The notes under the pieces: generated by a model
What the model was told of the DNA's origin: nothing
The model's input: only the letters and a program-made list of their open reading frames with translations
Databases searched by the model: none
Source: a virus
DNA length: 64,000 nt
Virus record (IMG/VR): IMGVR_UViG_3300045738_002140
Location: 50,177 to 114,176 of that record
Strand: one strand, 5' to 3'
Shown here: piece by piece, positions 45,966 through 54,998 of the stretch
How positions within the stretch are numbered: the first letter of the stretch is position 1
Layout of the letters: every line of letters begins with the position of its first letter
Translations under genes and position numbers: made by a program

Positions 45966-46136
45966 ATGGAAAAGATAATACGAGAAGTCCTTGAGGAGCT
46001 TGTTGGGTCTCAAATGAACATAGATTCAGAGGTAGCAAGAGAATATTTAACAAAGACCCTCCACGAAAGGATAGGCAAAAAGTATTATCTTTTCAAGAAA
46101 AAAGAACCAATAGTCGAAGAGGATGACGTATCTTAG
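45966..46136 (+). CDS. small hypothetical protein (56 aa)
   Basis: MEKIIREVLEELVGSQMNIDSEVAR... Confidence 0.5.
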   Translation: MEKIIREVLEELVGSQMNIDSEVAREYLTKTLHERIGKKYYLFKKKEPIVEEDDVS

Positions 46137-46305
46137 CATTAAAGAAATTTTTGACACCTTAAGCGAAAAGGAGTCCTCGCTTATCGAGTCCTATAGGGTG
46201 GAGAGGGACTCAGGAGACAGAAAAGTCATATTCTCCAACATTCTCTTAACGAGAGAAATAAGAAAAAAATTTAAAGACAAAATCATTTCTAAATATGACA
46301 ACTAA
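46123..46305 (+). CDS. hypothetical protein
   Basis: Overlapping ORF in operon. Confidence 0.5.
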   Translation: MTYLSIKEIFDTLSEKESSLIESYRVERDSGDRKVIFSNILLTREIRKKFKDKIISKYDN

Positions 46306-46837
46306 CGTCCTAGAGAACACAAGAACATATCTGGTAGGCCATATGCAATATGCGAGCGGCAGAGATTGGCGCGAGCATGTTGAGGCCGAACTGGAACCCC
46401 TCCAAATAAAGATCTTTAACCCGTACAAAAAACCATTCGTCAAGGATGTAAAAGAGGATGAAGACACCAGACTCTCAATAGCTCACTGTATGGAACACGG
46501 CTACTTTAATGACGTAGCAGAAAGAATGAAGCTTATTCGTAGCTACGACTTAAACCTCGTTGACAGAAGTGATTTCATCATAGCGCACCTACTTCCAGAG
46601 GTGGCAAGCTGGGGCAGCGCAGAGGAAATAGTTACGGCGGTTAGGATGAAGAAACCAATGTTTATATCGATGGAAGGGGGCAAACACAAGACTCCTTTAT
46701 GGATGATGGGTATGCTGCCACATAATTACATTTATGACTCCATTGAAGAAGTTGTAGAAATGATTAAGCAAATTGATAATGGTGAAAAAAAGATTGACAG
46801 CGACAGATGGAGACTCCTAAAGAAAGAACTGAGGTAG
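46295..46837 (+). CDS. nucleoside 2-deoxyribosyltransferase/nucleotide N-glycosidase-like
   Basis: YLVGHM, WR, FNP, DLNLVDRSD, SWGSAEE. Confidence 0.75.
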   Translation: MTTNVLENTRTYLVGHMQYASGRDWREHVEAELEPLQIKIFNPYKKPFVKDVKEDEDTRLSIAHCMEHGYFNDVAERMKLIRSYDLNLVDRSDFIIAHLLPEVASWGSAEEIVTAVRMKKPMFISMEGGKHKTPLWMMGMLPHNYIYDSIEEVVEMIKQIDNGEKKIDSDRWRLLKKELR

Positions 46838-46960
46838 ACTGGAAGGATTCCATGCTTAAGTTCATGAAGCTGACTGGCGAGAAATCGAACGAGTGGAACC
46901 CAGAGCTATGGGAATCTTACGGCATAACCCGTAGCCACGCCAAAGAGATAATAGACGAGT

Positions 46961-47083
46961 ATGAAAAACGATTTACCTAAAAGATTATGGTATTTATTTC
47001 TTGTATTAGTTCTAAGCGCGGCCTATTTCGTACAGATAGTCTTTATTGCAATTTGGGAGCAAATAAAAAGGATTTTTAAATGA
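46961..47083 (+). CDS. 40-aa single-TM protein
   Basis: LWYLFLVLVLSAAYFVQIVF; ATGA overlap with cysC-like gene. Confidence 0.45.
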   Translation: MKNDLPKRLWYLFLVLVLSAAYFVQIVFIAIWEQIKRIFK

Positions 47084-47583
47084 TATATATATTATACGGA
47101 CAACCAGCGTCAGGAAAAACAACCCTAGGCAAATTATTAGCCAGCCATCTCGACACGCCATTCATTATTGATGGTGATGAGTTTAGAGAGATGTTTACAA
47201 ATAAAAATTACGGTAAAGAAGGGCGAGAAGAAAACATTAGAAACGCAAATGCAGTTGCGACCTATTTAAACAAGAAAGGTAAGTCAGATGACTGGGTTTG
47301 CATTTACGTTAGAGAGGAGCCGAACAGCATAAAAGGTATCTCGGTAAATAATGAAACTGATGTAATTATGAGTTTAGTGAACCCCTATAGGCGTTTACGA
47401 GATGAATTAAAAGCGAACAATGATGGAGAAGTACAGGAAGTATTGCTAGTTTCCGAGAGGGAGCTGAGAAAAGAATATCATGTGGAAGGCTTTGAAGCAG
47501 GAAACCCGAATTATACAGTAATCACAGACGGAGAAGTGGAAGACACTTGGAAACAACTAAAAGATTTACTAAAAGTACAATGA
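47080..47583 (+). CDS. cysC: adenylylsulfate (APS) kinase-like
   Basis: GQPASGKTT, IDGDEFR, YGKEGREENIR, SLVNPY..R. Confidence 0.8.
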   Translation: MIYILYGQPASGKTTLGKLLASHLDTPFIIDGDEFREMFTNKNYGKEGREENIRNANAVATYLNKKGKSDDWVCIYVREEPNSIKGISVNNETDVIMSLVNPYRRLRDELKANNDGEVQEVLLVSERELRKEYHVEGFEAGNPNYTVITDGEVEDTWKQLKDLLKVQ

Positions 47584-48119
47584 GAACGCATAGTCTTAAA
47601 AATCTCGTATTAGTTTTCTTCTTATTGGCTTTTAGCCTAAGCGCCGCCCCCCCTACCAGAAGGTCGGTGTTAAGTGATCTGAACAGCATCGTCATAAAGG
47701 AAATAGAGCTTAACGACCTAACAATAGAAGAGGTAATAAGAGTTTTACAAACAAAATCTACAAATAAAATTAATTTTTTATATTTGCCGCACACCAAACC
47801 TAAGCCGCCCACCCCTCAAGTGACAAACAATATACCTTTTGGGTTTGACCCAGCCACAGGACTACCACAAGCGCCGCTTCCTCCTCCAGTATTTCTTGCG
47901 CCCCCGATAGCCGATAATGTGCCACGCATCATCAATGGCAATATTATCCTTAGAAACATCACACTAAAACAGGTGTTAGACATCTCTACCCTATGCTTTA
48001 ACCAACCCATGCAATATATAGTTACAGATTTCGGAGTCGTGTTTATCCACCCCAAAGACGACGAAAAAGGGCTGTTTACCCGCGTGTTTAGAGTTAATCC
48101 TAGGGTTTTTAGAAAATGA
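47580..48119 (+). CDS. secreted protein resembling the periplasmic N-terminal part of verrucomicrobial secretins
   Basis: Signal peptide; [19 protein letters not shown]; INF; DPATGLP; [11 protein letters not shown]; [10 protein letters not shown]. Confidence 0.6.
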   Translation: MRTHSLKNLVLVFFLLAFSLSAAPPTRRSVLSDLNSIVIKEIELNDLTIEEVIRVLQTKSTNKINFLYLPHTKPKPPTPQVTNNIPFGFDPATGLPQAPLPPPVFLAPPIADNVPRIINGNIILRNITLKQVLDISTLCFNQPMQYIVTDFGVVFIHPKDDEKGLFTRVFRVNPRVFRK

Positions 48120-49270
48120 GAATTGAACCAGAAATAAAGCTAGACTACAAGGACGTCCTTCTCCGCCCAAAGCGTTCTACGCTAGAGTCCCGCAAAGAAG
48201 TTGATTTGGTTCGTGAGTTTACCTTTCCTAATGCTGGTGGCGAAGGCAGTGACCCCAAAGCCTATGGCTGGAAAGGTGTCCCAATTGTCGCATCTAATAT
48301 GGATACAGTCGGAACCTTTGAGATGGCAAAAGCTCTTGCTGAATACCGTATGCTTACTTGCATCAGCAAACACAACGATATAAAAAGATGGCTACACAAG
48401 CTAAATGGTTATGGAGTCTATAAAAACCAAGAGCAAAAAGACGGCACGGTTTGGGAGCATGACCCAAACTCAAAGAGCTCTCACAATAGAATCTATGAAC
48501 ACATTTCTCCTTCTATTGGAATTAAATATGACGAGAAAGAATTTGACGATATAGACTACCTCCATACTATCACTTGGAATTTTCATCATACTAGGTTTGT
48601 ATGTATTGACGCGGCGAATGGATATACAAAAAGGTTTTGTGACTTTATAAAAAGAGTTAGAGAAGAACACCCTGCGCTTATTATAATAGCTGGGAATGTC
48701 GTCACTGGAGAGATGACAGAACAATTAATTTTAAATGGAGCAGATATTGTCAAAGTCGGCGTTGGAAGCGGTTCTGTTTGTACTACTCGCATTCAGACTG
48801 GTGTTGGTTATCCCCAATTTAGCGCGGTGGTTGAATGTGCCGATGCCGCTCATGGTGTTGGGGGGTATATTATGGCTGATGGCGGTTGTACCTGTGCTGG
48901 GGATGTTGCCAAAGCTTTTGGTGGTGGCGCTGATTTTGTCATGCTTGGCGGGATGTTGGCTGGACATACGGAATGCGAAGGACAAGAAGAAGAAATAGAT
49001 GGCAAAAAGTATAAAACCTTCTACGGCATGAGTTCCGAAAAAGCTATGAAAAAACACAACGGGGGCGTAGCAGCCTACAGGAGCGCAGAGGGGAAGACAG
49101 TGAGGGTGGAGCACAGGGGCCTCGTTAAAAACACGTTAGAGAGCATCCTCGGAGGCCTACGGTCCACCTGTACATATATCGGTGCAAAAAGGTTGAAAGA
49201 TATGCCTAAATGTGCTACATTTATTAGGGTGACCCAGCAGTCTAACGAGATTTTTGGAAAGAACGCATGA
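48116..49270 (+). CDS. guaC: GMP reductase
   Basis: [50 protein letters not shown]. Confidence 0.96.
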   Translation: MRIEPEIKLDYKDVLLRPKRSTLESRKEVDLVREFTFPNAGGEGSDPKAYGWKGVPIVASNMDTVGTFEMAKALAEYRMLTCISKHNDIKRWLHKLNGYGVYKNQEQKDGTVWEHDPNSKSSHNRIYEHISPSIGIKYDEKEFDDIDYLHTITWNFHHTRFVCIDAANGYTKRFCDFIKRVREEHPALIIIAGNVVTGEMTEQLILNGADIVKVGVGSGSVCTTRIQTGVGYPQFSAVVECADAAHGVGGYIMADGGCTCAGDVAKAFGGGADFVMLGGMLAGHTECEGQEEEIDGKKYKTFYGMSSEKAMKKHNGGVAAYRSAEGKTVRVEHRGLVKNTLESILGGLRSTCTYIGAKRLKDMPKCATFIRVTQQSNEIFGKNA

Positions 49271-49638
49271 AAACAATAGAAGAAATAAAATTAAACTGGA
49301 AAAGCCAAGTCTTTTCGAGTAAAGAATGCAAAAAGGCGGAACAACGACTTGAATGTTCGCTTGATGATTTCTTTTGCTCCGAAAGCCCAGAGGCAGCAAG
49401 AAAATTGGTTGATTTATGTGGAAAATTGATTTTTTTATCTAAAAAATGTATTTTTGATTCCAATGCCCTGCTAGACTCTGTGGACAGGTTGTCTGAGGAA
49501 GAATTTGACAATCATAAAGACTTTTTATACGAAATAAGCAAATCCCTTGCCCTTATGGTGGAAGACCATTCCGCGCTAAGAGACAAGATACACCTAACCA
49601 AGCAGTTAATTAAGGATCTCTGTGAAGAAGATAAATAA
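49267..49638 (+). CDS. hypothetical protein
   Basis: ATGA-coupled ORF. Confidence 0.6.
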   Translation: MKTIEEIKLNWKSQVFSSKECKKAEQRLECSLDDFFCSESPEAARKLVDLCGKLIFLSKKCIFDSNALLDSVDRLSEEEFDNHKDFLYEISKSLALMVEDHSALRDKIHLTKQLIKDLCEEDK

Positions 49639-49660
49639 TTTTCTTATCTATTTGTTTATA

Positions 49661-49689
49661 TTGAAAACAAGATCAGACTTGTTTATTAT
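49661..49689 (+). promoter_or_regulatory. sigma70 promoter of tRNA/exbB unit
   Basis: TTGAAA-17-TATTAT. Confidence 0.65.
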
Positions 49690-49747
49690 AGACAAGGTAA
49701 AGAAATTATTTGCTATAATAAAGATACGTTAAGCCTGAATCAGTTTT

Positions 49748-49825
49748 GCTCCGGTAGCTCAACTGGTTTAGAGCACACGCCTTATAAGCGTGAGGTTGTG
49801 GGTTCGAGGCCCACTCGGAGTACCA
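49748..49825 (+). tRNA. tRNA-Ile(UAU)
   Basis: Acceptor GCTCCGG/TCGGAGT, D stem GCTC/GAGC, anticodon stem CACGC/GCGTG with loop CT-TAT-AA, T arm GTGGG-TTCGAGG-CCCAC, A73, encoded CCA. Confidence 0.95.
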
Positions 49826-49838
49826 ATTTTAAATAGAT

Positions 49839-50309
49839 ATGAAAACTTTCACAAAATGGTTCCTGCTCAACGCAGTCACGTTAACTGCTGTTTTTTTTGC
49901 AGAAACAAAAGGCGCAATCTCAACAATGGTTAAAAATGATGTTAGCTATATAACCATTGTTATAATGGCCCTATACGTGGTTATCTCTATAATGGTGGGA
50001 AGGCTGTGCTTTTTGTCAGACAAAATAAACAAAGGCAGAGAAAAAGAAGCGAGAAGGCACCTATCAAAGAGAGCAGAGGTTGGCTGGTTCGCCGCAGAGC
50101 ACTTTTTTTCGCTCGGCCTGTTGGGTACAGTTTTTGGGTTGTGCCTAGCAACCTCAACCAATCTTGGTACAGACGCCCCCGTAAGTGATATAGTAGCTGG
50201 GCTCAAGGTGGGACTAAACACTGCATTTTATACTACCATTTGTGGCATAGTATTCAGCCTTGCCCTGCAAATACAACTAATGATTTTAAGATTTAAGCTA
50301 GAGGAATGA
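49839..50309 (+). CDS. MotA/TolQ/ExbB proton-channel family protein
   Basis: LGLLGTVFG, GLNTAFYTTICG. Confidence 0.88.
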   Translation: MKTFTKWFLLNAVTLTAVFFAETKGAISTMVKNDVSYITIVIMALYVVISIMVGRLCFLSDKINKGREKEARRHLSKRAEVGWFAAEHFFSLGLLGTVFGLCLATSTNLGTDAPVSDIVAGLKVGLNTAFYTTICGIVFSLALQIQLMILRFKLEE

Positions 50310-50914
50310 TCAATAAAGGATACAAAAAATTCTTTTCGTTTAGGCCATTCATTGATGTGCTTTTTTGTTGTCTATTAATGCTGGTGGCTATCCTATTCCT
50401 TCTCAAAACAGAAGAAGAACAAACAAGGTCTCGGCCACCCAATGCGATTTATGAGGTTATTCTCACGTGGGACGGAGAAAGCGAAGACGACTTAGACCTT
50501 TATGTCCAAGCGGCATCAGGACACACGGTTAGCTTTAACAACAGGGAAGGTGGGCAAGGGAGCCTAATTTCCCTAGACCATGACGCTCTTGGAAAGCGAA
50601 GAAACAATAGCTTAACCCAAGGCTCACAGGGCAAGGTTGTGAACTTTAATGAAGAAATAGTTTCTTTTCGTGGGGTAACAGAGGGGGAGAATATAGTAAC
50701 CGTACACGTTTACTCCAAGCGGGACGAGTTACCAACAAAAGCGACAATTAAATTAATAAAAATAAAGCCCTTTAAGGAGATAGCCTCCAAAGAAAGAGAA
50801 TTTACCATTACAGGGGACGAAAAAATAGCCTTTAGATTTAAGACAGACAAAGACGGCAACATTTTAGAAATAAATGAATTACCAGCGAATTTAGTTAAGC
50901 CATTAGGAGAATAA
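50306..50914 (+). CDS. ExbD/MotB-like TM anchor + YfaP-like periplasmic domain
   Basis: PFIDVLF TM with Asp; LTWD...DDLDL; LDHD; VTVHVY. Confidence 0.7.
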   Translation: MINKGYKKFFSFRPFIDVLFCCLLMLVAILFLLKTEEEQTRSRPPNAIYEVILTWDGESEDDLDLYVQAASGHTVSFNNREGGQGSLISLDHDALGKRRNNSLTQGSQGKVVNFNEEIVSFRGVTEGENIVTVHVYSKRDELPTKATIKLIKIKPFKEIASKEREFTITGDEKIAFRFKTDKDGNILEINELPANLVKPLGE

Positions 50915-50916
50915 TT

Positions 50917-51672
50917 ATGAGGTATGTAACATACGCTAGTAATGATAAACATAGATGCATTTACTTTAATGTAGCCAAGAACGCGAGCACTACTATGATG
51001 GTCTTCCTCAATCATGCGGGTATCCTACACCACTCGGCAGATCGTCCGTTGCGGTGGAGTAAATTGACCAGTGAGAGGGGACTGACGGCGCGCGGCCCCC
51101 AAAAACTAAGCCATGTTAAAGCCCTCTTTAAAGAAAAATATGATTCTTATTTTAAATTTGCAATAGTAAGAAACCCGTGGCATAGGGTAGTCTCTTGTTG
51201 GAAGAATAAATGTCGTCCCGATCATAAAACAAGCTGGCCGAGATCTCCCTTTATCAAAGCGGAAAACGATACTCTTGCAGAATTTGTTAACAGGATAATT
51301 AATGGAGAATTTACGGAAGGCGAGCAGTCTTGGGTTTGGGACCGGCTTAGCCAGCAATCAAATCATCGTGACCGGTATGTCAAAGAGCTCTATAATCCAA
51401 ATGATATTAACTGGTACGGGGATGAGCAACACGTGCTATCACAGGCCATACAAATTCCCGACGACGTAGATTTCGTCATAAGACTTGAAAACTTTCAAGA
51501 GGGACTTGATATTGTCTGCGACAAGATTGGGGTGCGGCGAGAGGAGCTTCCACGCAGCAACCAAACAAAACCCTATAGTTACACCGAATACTATGATGAC
51601 GAAACAAGACAAATCGTTGCGGAAAAGTATAAGGAGGACATTGAGAGGTTTAAGTATAAATTTGGGGAATAG
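50917..51672 (+). CDS. sulfotransferase (Sulfotransfer_2 family)
   Basis: VAKNASTT, IVRNPWHRVVS, DFVIRLE. Confidence 0.9.
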   Translation: MRYVTYASNDKHRCIYFNVAKNASTTMMVFLNHAGILHHSADRPLRWSKLTSERGLTARGPQKLSHVKALFKEKYDSYFKFAIVRNPWHRVVSCWKNKCRPDHKTSWPRSPFIKAENDTLAEFVNRIINGEFTEGEQSWVWDRLSQQSNHRDRYVKELYNPNDINWYGDEQHVLSQAIQIPDDVDFVIRLENFQEGLDIVCDKIGVRREELPRSNQTKPYSYTEYYDDETRQIVAEKYKEDIERFKYKFGE

Positions 51673-51690
51673 ACAATTACCAATTTAGGC

Positions 51691-51719
51691 TTGACACACC
51701 CAGAAAACAGTGCTATCCT
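51691..51719 (+). promoter_or_regulatory. sigma70 promoter, leaderless
   Basis: TTGACA-17-TATCCT with TG extension, ATG 6 nt downstream. Confidence 0.8.
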
Positions 51720-51725
51720 TATAAG

Positions 51726-52088
51726 ATGGCTGATAGAGAAAAATTTATTAAATGTGATTGTCATGGCGAAGGGATACTCGTTACCAAGTATGACGACGAG
51801 GAAGAGATGTACTTTAGCTACTGGCGCGAGGGCATGAACCCCATCAAACTATCTTGGTGGATGAGGTTGAAGTTGTGCTATTTAGCTTTATTTAAAGGTA
51901 ACTTTTATAATGACCAAGTCATTCTAAATAAAGAAAAAGCCATGGAACTTGCGTTGTGGATTCAAGAAGAGCACGATGCTGTTCCCCCTATGGATAAGAC
52001 TAAATTCGCAGTAGGGAATTTGCTCGATCGGAAACCCCCCGACCCAGCTTTAGAACAGGACAAAACCGATGAGTGGGGGGGAGTATAA
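51726..52088 (+). CDS. hypothetical protein (CDCH; C-terminal DPALEQDKT)
   Basis: ORF. Confidence 0.7.
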   Translation: MADREKFIKCDCHGEGILVTKYDDEEEMYFSYWREGMNPIKLSWWMRLKLCYLALFKGNFYNDQVILNKEKAMELALWIQEEHDAVPPMDKTKFAVGNLLDRKPPDPALEQDKTDEWGGV

Positions 52089-52459
52089 TGAAAATAACAA
52101 TTGAACCAACCGAACAACGTAGGCCGGAAACCGTAGACACCATGCACTCGACGGTAAGCGTAAGCATTGCCAGCGACGATTTGGATATTGGCGAGACAAT
52201 GGAACAAGTAGTGAAAGCCCTGCAAGCGTGGGGATTTCACAACGAGAGCATCGCGGGATACCTCGATGAAGAACTTGCGTGGCAACTCGGGTTGGGTGGA
52301 AGAGACGACCAAGCAACGATGCTCGAAAGCATTTATCAGAACGCAGATGCAATCAGCAAGGACGTAATAAAAATTGATCCAGCCCTAGAACAAGACAAAA
52401 CCCCCAAAGAAACCGTTACTCCGTCATCGGGGTGCTGTGGCGCGAAAGACAAGCGATGA
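52088..52459 (+). CDS. hypothetical protein (C-terminal DPALEQDKT)
   Basis: TAATG-coupled start MKITIE. Confidence 0.7.
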   Translation: MKITIEPTEQRRPETVDTMHSTVSVSIASDDLDIGETMEQVVKALQAWGFHNESIAGYLDEELAWQLGLGGRDDQATMLESIYQNADAISKDVIKIDPALEQDKTPKETVTPSSGCCGAKDKR

Positions 52460-53058
52460 GTAAAGAAAAAAGAACAATAGTAAAAGAAGAAATCGTTGAA
52501 CGATTCTTGGAAGATATTGTCGGTAGGTCAAAGGTTCCTTGGTATACAAGAGTTTGGTGGCGGTTTTACTGGAAGTATGAAGTGGTCGCGGGTTGGTGGC
52601 GCAACAAACGTCAGACTTGGCAAACAGGGTTTCCACACGAACAGGCGTGGAACTTTCATAGTTGGCATTCTGAGACGGTTGCACCTCGCTTGAAGCACCT
52701 TAGAAATAATCTCAATGGTTGCCCTAGCGAGATGTTCGAAAAGGATTACGACCACAGTACGGCCTACGAATTGCCCAAGGCAGAGAGCGAATTAGCTATG
52801 GACAGGGCCATGCGTAATTGGGAGAAGACCTTGGACAAAATGATTTGGTCGTTCGAGCATTGGGATGATACGATTGACCCAATTAAGCCTAAAGACTACG
52901 ACCCAAGACACAAGAAGACCACCTACAGTGACGGTAGCGTTGGGTATGAGGGCTTGGATGATAGAGATTGGGATTGGACACCATGCGAGAAGCATAATGA
53001 GAGGGTTCAAGAAGGGTTGAATTTGTTTAGTAAATATTATTTGAATTTGTGGGATTGA
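52456..53058 (+). CDS. hypothetical phage protein
   Basis: W..LDKMIWSF, GLNLFSKYYLNLWD. Confidence 0.75.
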   Translation: MSKEKRTIVKEEIVERFLEDIVGRSKVPWYTRVWWRFYWKYEVVAGWWRNKRQTWQTGFPHEQAWNFHSWHSETVAPRLKHLRNNLNGCPSEMFEKDYDHSTAYELPKAESELAMDRAMRNWEKTLDKMIWSFEHWDDTIDPIKPKDYDPRHKKTTYSDGSVGYEGLDDRDWDWTPCEKHNERVQEGLNLFSKYYLNLWD

Positions 53059-53060
53059 TT

Positions 53061-53147
53061 TAACTTAGCCGTAACCGCTAACCCACCGGTAATAGGCACT
53101 GAGAGTTGATGGAAAGCGCTCGCGGGTAATATCCTGCGGCTAGGTTA
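53061..53147 (+). other. GC-rich intergenic structured element, tRNA-like fold possible
   Basis: Closing helix TAACTTAGCCGTA/TGCGGCTAGGTTA with internal arms. Confidence 0.45.
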
Positions 53148-53157
53148 TTAATTTATT

Positions 53158-53775
53158 ATGGGAATGTTTGATTATATAAGCTGCGAAATGCCACTACCAC
53201 GAGGCGGTGCAAATACTATACCTACTTTTAGGTACGACCACCAATTCCAAACTAAGGATTTGGTCAACGGTCTTATAGAGTACAAGATTGGCAAGGATAA
53301 AACTCTTTACGAGAGGAAGATAGAGTACGAGGAAAGGGAGCTAACCGAAGAGGAGAAGAAGGATAGAGACAGCGGCGGGTTTTGGAGTCCTATGTGGTCT
53401 ATGGAAGAAAAGAGCCATGAGTGGGTAAAGGATAACTTTACAGGTTATATTACGTTCTATGATATTCTTCATGATGTAGACGGTACACATGATGGTTGGG
53501 TAGATTACCGTATCCATGTAAAAAATGGAGAAGTGCAGGGAGATGTGGAACTAGCAGAATACAGGCTTGAAGACAATACGGAGAGCAAAGCCAATCAGGT
53601 AAAATGGAAAGAAGAAGCAAAAGCCCGAAAAGAATACGAGGAGAAATGGAGATACAAATATTGCTTCAAGTATTGGAACAGGCTAGTAGGCTGGATATTT
53701 CGTGGGGTCAGAAGGATTCGCGAGTGGGAAGGCAAGCTTTATTCGTGGAAGGTAGAAAATAAATTAAAATTTTAA
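53158..53775 (+). CDS. hypothetical phage protein (MGMFD family)
   Basis: MGMFDYISCE, FQTKDL, FTGYITFY. Confidence 0.75.
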   Translation: MGMFDYISCEMPLPRGGANTIPTFRYDHQFQTKDLVNGLIEYKIGKDKTLYERKIEYEERELTEEEKKDRDSGGFWSPMWSMEEKSHEWVKDNFTGYITFYDILHDVDGTHDGWVDYRIHVKNGEVQGDVELAEYRLEDNTESKANQVKWKEEAKARKEYEEKWRYKYCFKYWNRLVGWIFRGVRRIREWEGKLYSWKVENKLKF

Positions 53776-53776
53776 T

Positions 53777-54061
53777 ATGAAGAAAAAAAATGAAGCCAAA
53801 TTAAACGATGGAACCCTCGAAGAAGTTATGGCGAGTGACTTCCCGAGAATCTATATCCACAGCATGGAGGATGAACCAGACGGCGACTGCACCATGACCT
53901 TTGACACAAATAAAGCATTTGATGAAGTATATAAAAAAGCAAAGGGCCGCAAGCGAGTTACCCAAAAAGGTATGGGAAATTATATATTAGAGATTATGAC
54001 AAAGGCCCTTGACAAGAAAGACGGGTACGAATTAAAGACTTTAAGCGACACGTTCAAGTAA
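53777..54061 (+). CDS. hypothetical protein
   Basis: ORF. Confidence 0.6.
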   Translation: MKKKNEAKLNDGTLEEVMASDFPRIYIHSMEDEPDGDCTMTFDTNKAFDEVYKKAKGRKRVTQKGMGNYILEIMTKALDKKDGYELKTLSDTFK

Positions 54062-54122
54062 TATGTCGATGAGATAAACATAAAATAAAAGTAAACTTTA
54101 CAAATAGACGCCCATACGCAAA

Positions 54123-54998
54123 ATGAACAAGTCTAAAATAAACGACTTAGCGGACAATGTATATGTTCTTAATTTAGAAAAAGATTCATTTAAGTATGAT
54201 ATTTTGAAGAGAAAGCTAAACCAGAAAAACATACATCACGAACGATTCGTCGGAGTTGACGGGTGGGATGGTTGCCGCTCGCCAGATAAAACAGTGGAGT
54301 CATTTATTAAAATTTTGGACGGCTACAGAGACTCGGGACTTTATGAGCCAATACGAGAGAAGGGGGCGCATATCGTAGCTCACGGTTGGGGAGCTTATCG
54401 CAGTGCGGGAGCCATGGGGTGTGTGTTGTCGCATTTAAAAATTTTTAAAGATGCGATTGAAAACAAATACAAAAAGATACTGCTTCTTCAAGACGATATT
54501 TATTTTCATAACCAATTTGAAGAGTTACTTGAGGAACGAGAAGAGCAAATTAAACGAAGTTCAATATTTTACTTGGGAGCCACAGAACATGCGGGCTGGA
54601 TGAAAAACGATTGGCACTGGCGAAACCCTCACTGGAGTAGGAAGCACCATAAGCTTGGCTACTACAACACGACCGACAGCAGCTTGGGAATGTTTGCGGT
54701 GATAATTGATAAAAAAATATTTTCCCCGTTCATAAAATTAGTAGAATTTGAGCTTCTCGCATGCGATCAAGCCTTGGCCCTGTTAGGCACGAAAGGCTTT
54801 GCTGGTGAGAGCTTTGTGTCCTACCCGAACCTAATAATGCCAGACACGACCTACAGCAATACGTCCTCCGACGTTGCTGGAGGACGCTCCTTCCATGACG
54901 GCAACACATGGAGAGACTTTGGGAAATGGTCTATTGAGCAGGGCTGGGATTACAATTACTACGACTTAAGCGAAAGATACTATACAACAGAGAAATGA
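54123..54998 (+). CDS. GT25-family glycosyltransferase
   Basis: YVLNL, ERFVGVDG, GAMGCVLSH, ILLLQDD. Confidence 0.88.
   Translation: MNKSKINDLADNVYVLNLEKDSFKYDILKRKLNQKNIHHERFVGVDGWDGCRSPDKTVESFIKILDGYRDSGLYEPIREKGAHIVAHGWGAYRSAGAMGCVLSHLKIFKDAIENKYKKILLLQDDIYFHNQFEELLEEREEQIKRSSIFYLGATEHAGWMKNDWHWRNPHWSRKHHKLGYYNTTDSSLGMFAVIIDKKIFSPFIKLVEFELLACDQALALLGTKGFAGESFVSYPNLIMPDTTYSNTSSDVAGGRSFHDGNTWRDFGKWSIEQGWDYNYYDLSERYYTTEK

Noticed and set aside
53097-53116. Hammerhead ribozyme core (CTGAGAG...GAAA)
   Set aside because: Does not match CUGANGA and the required stems are not evident
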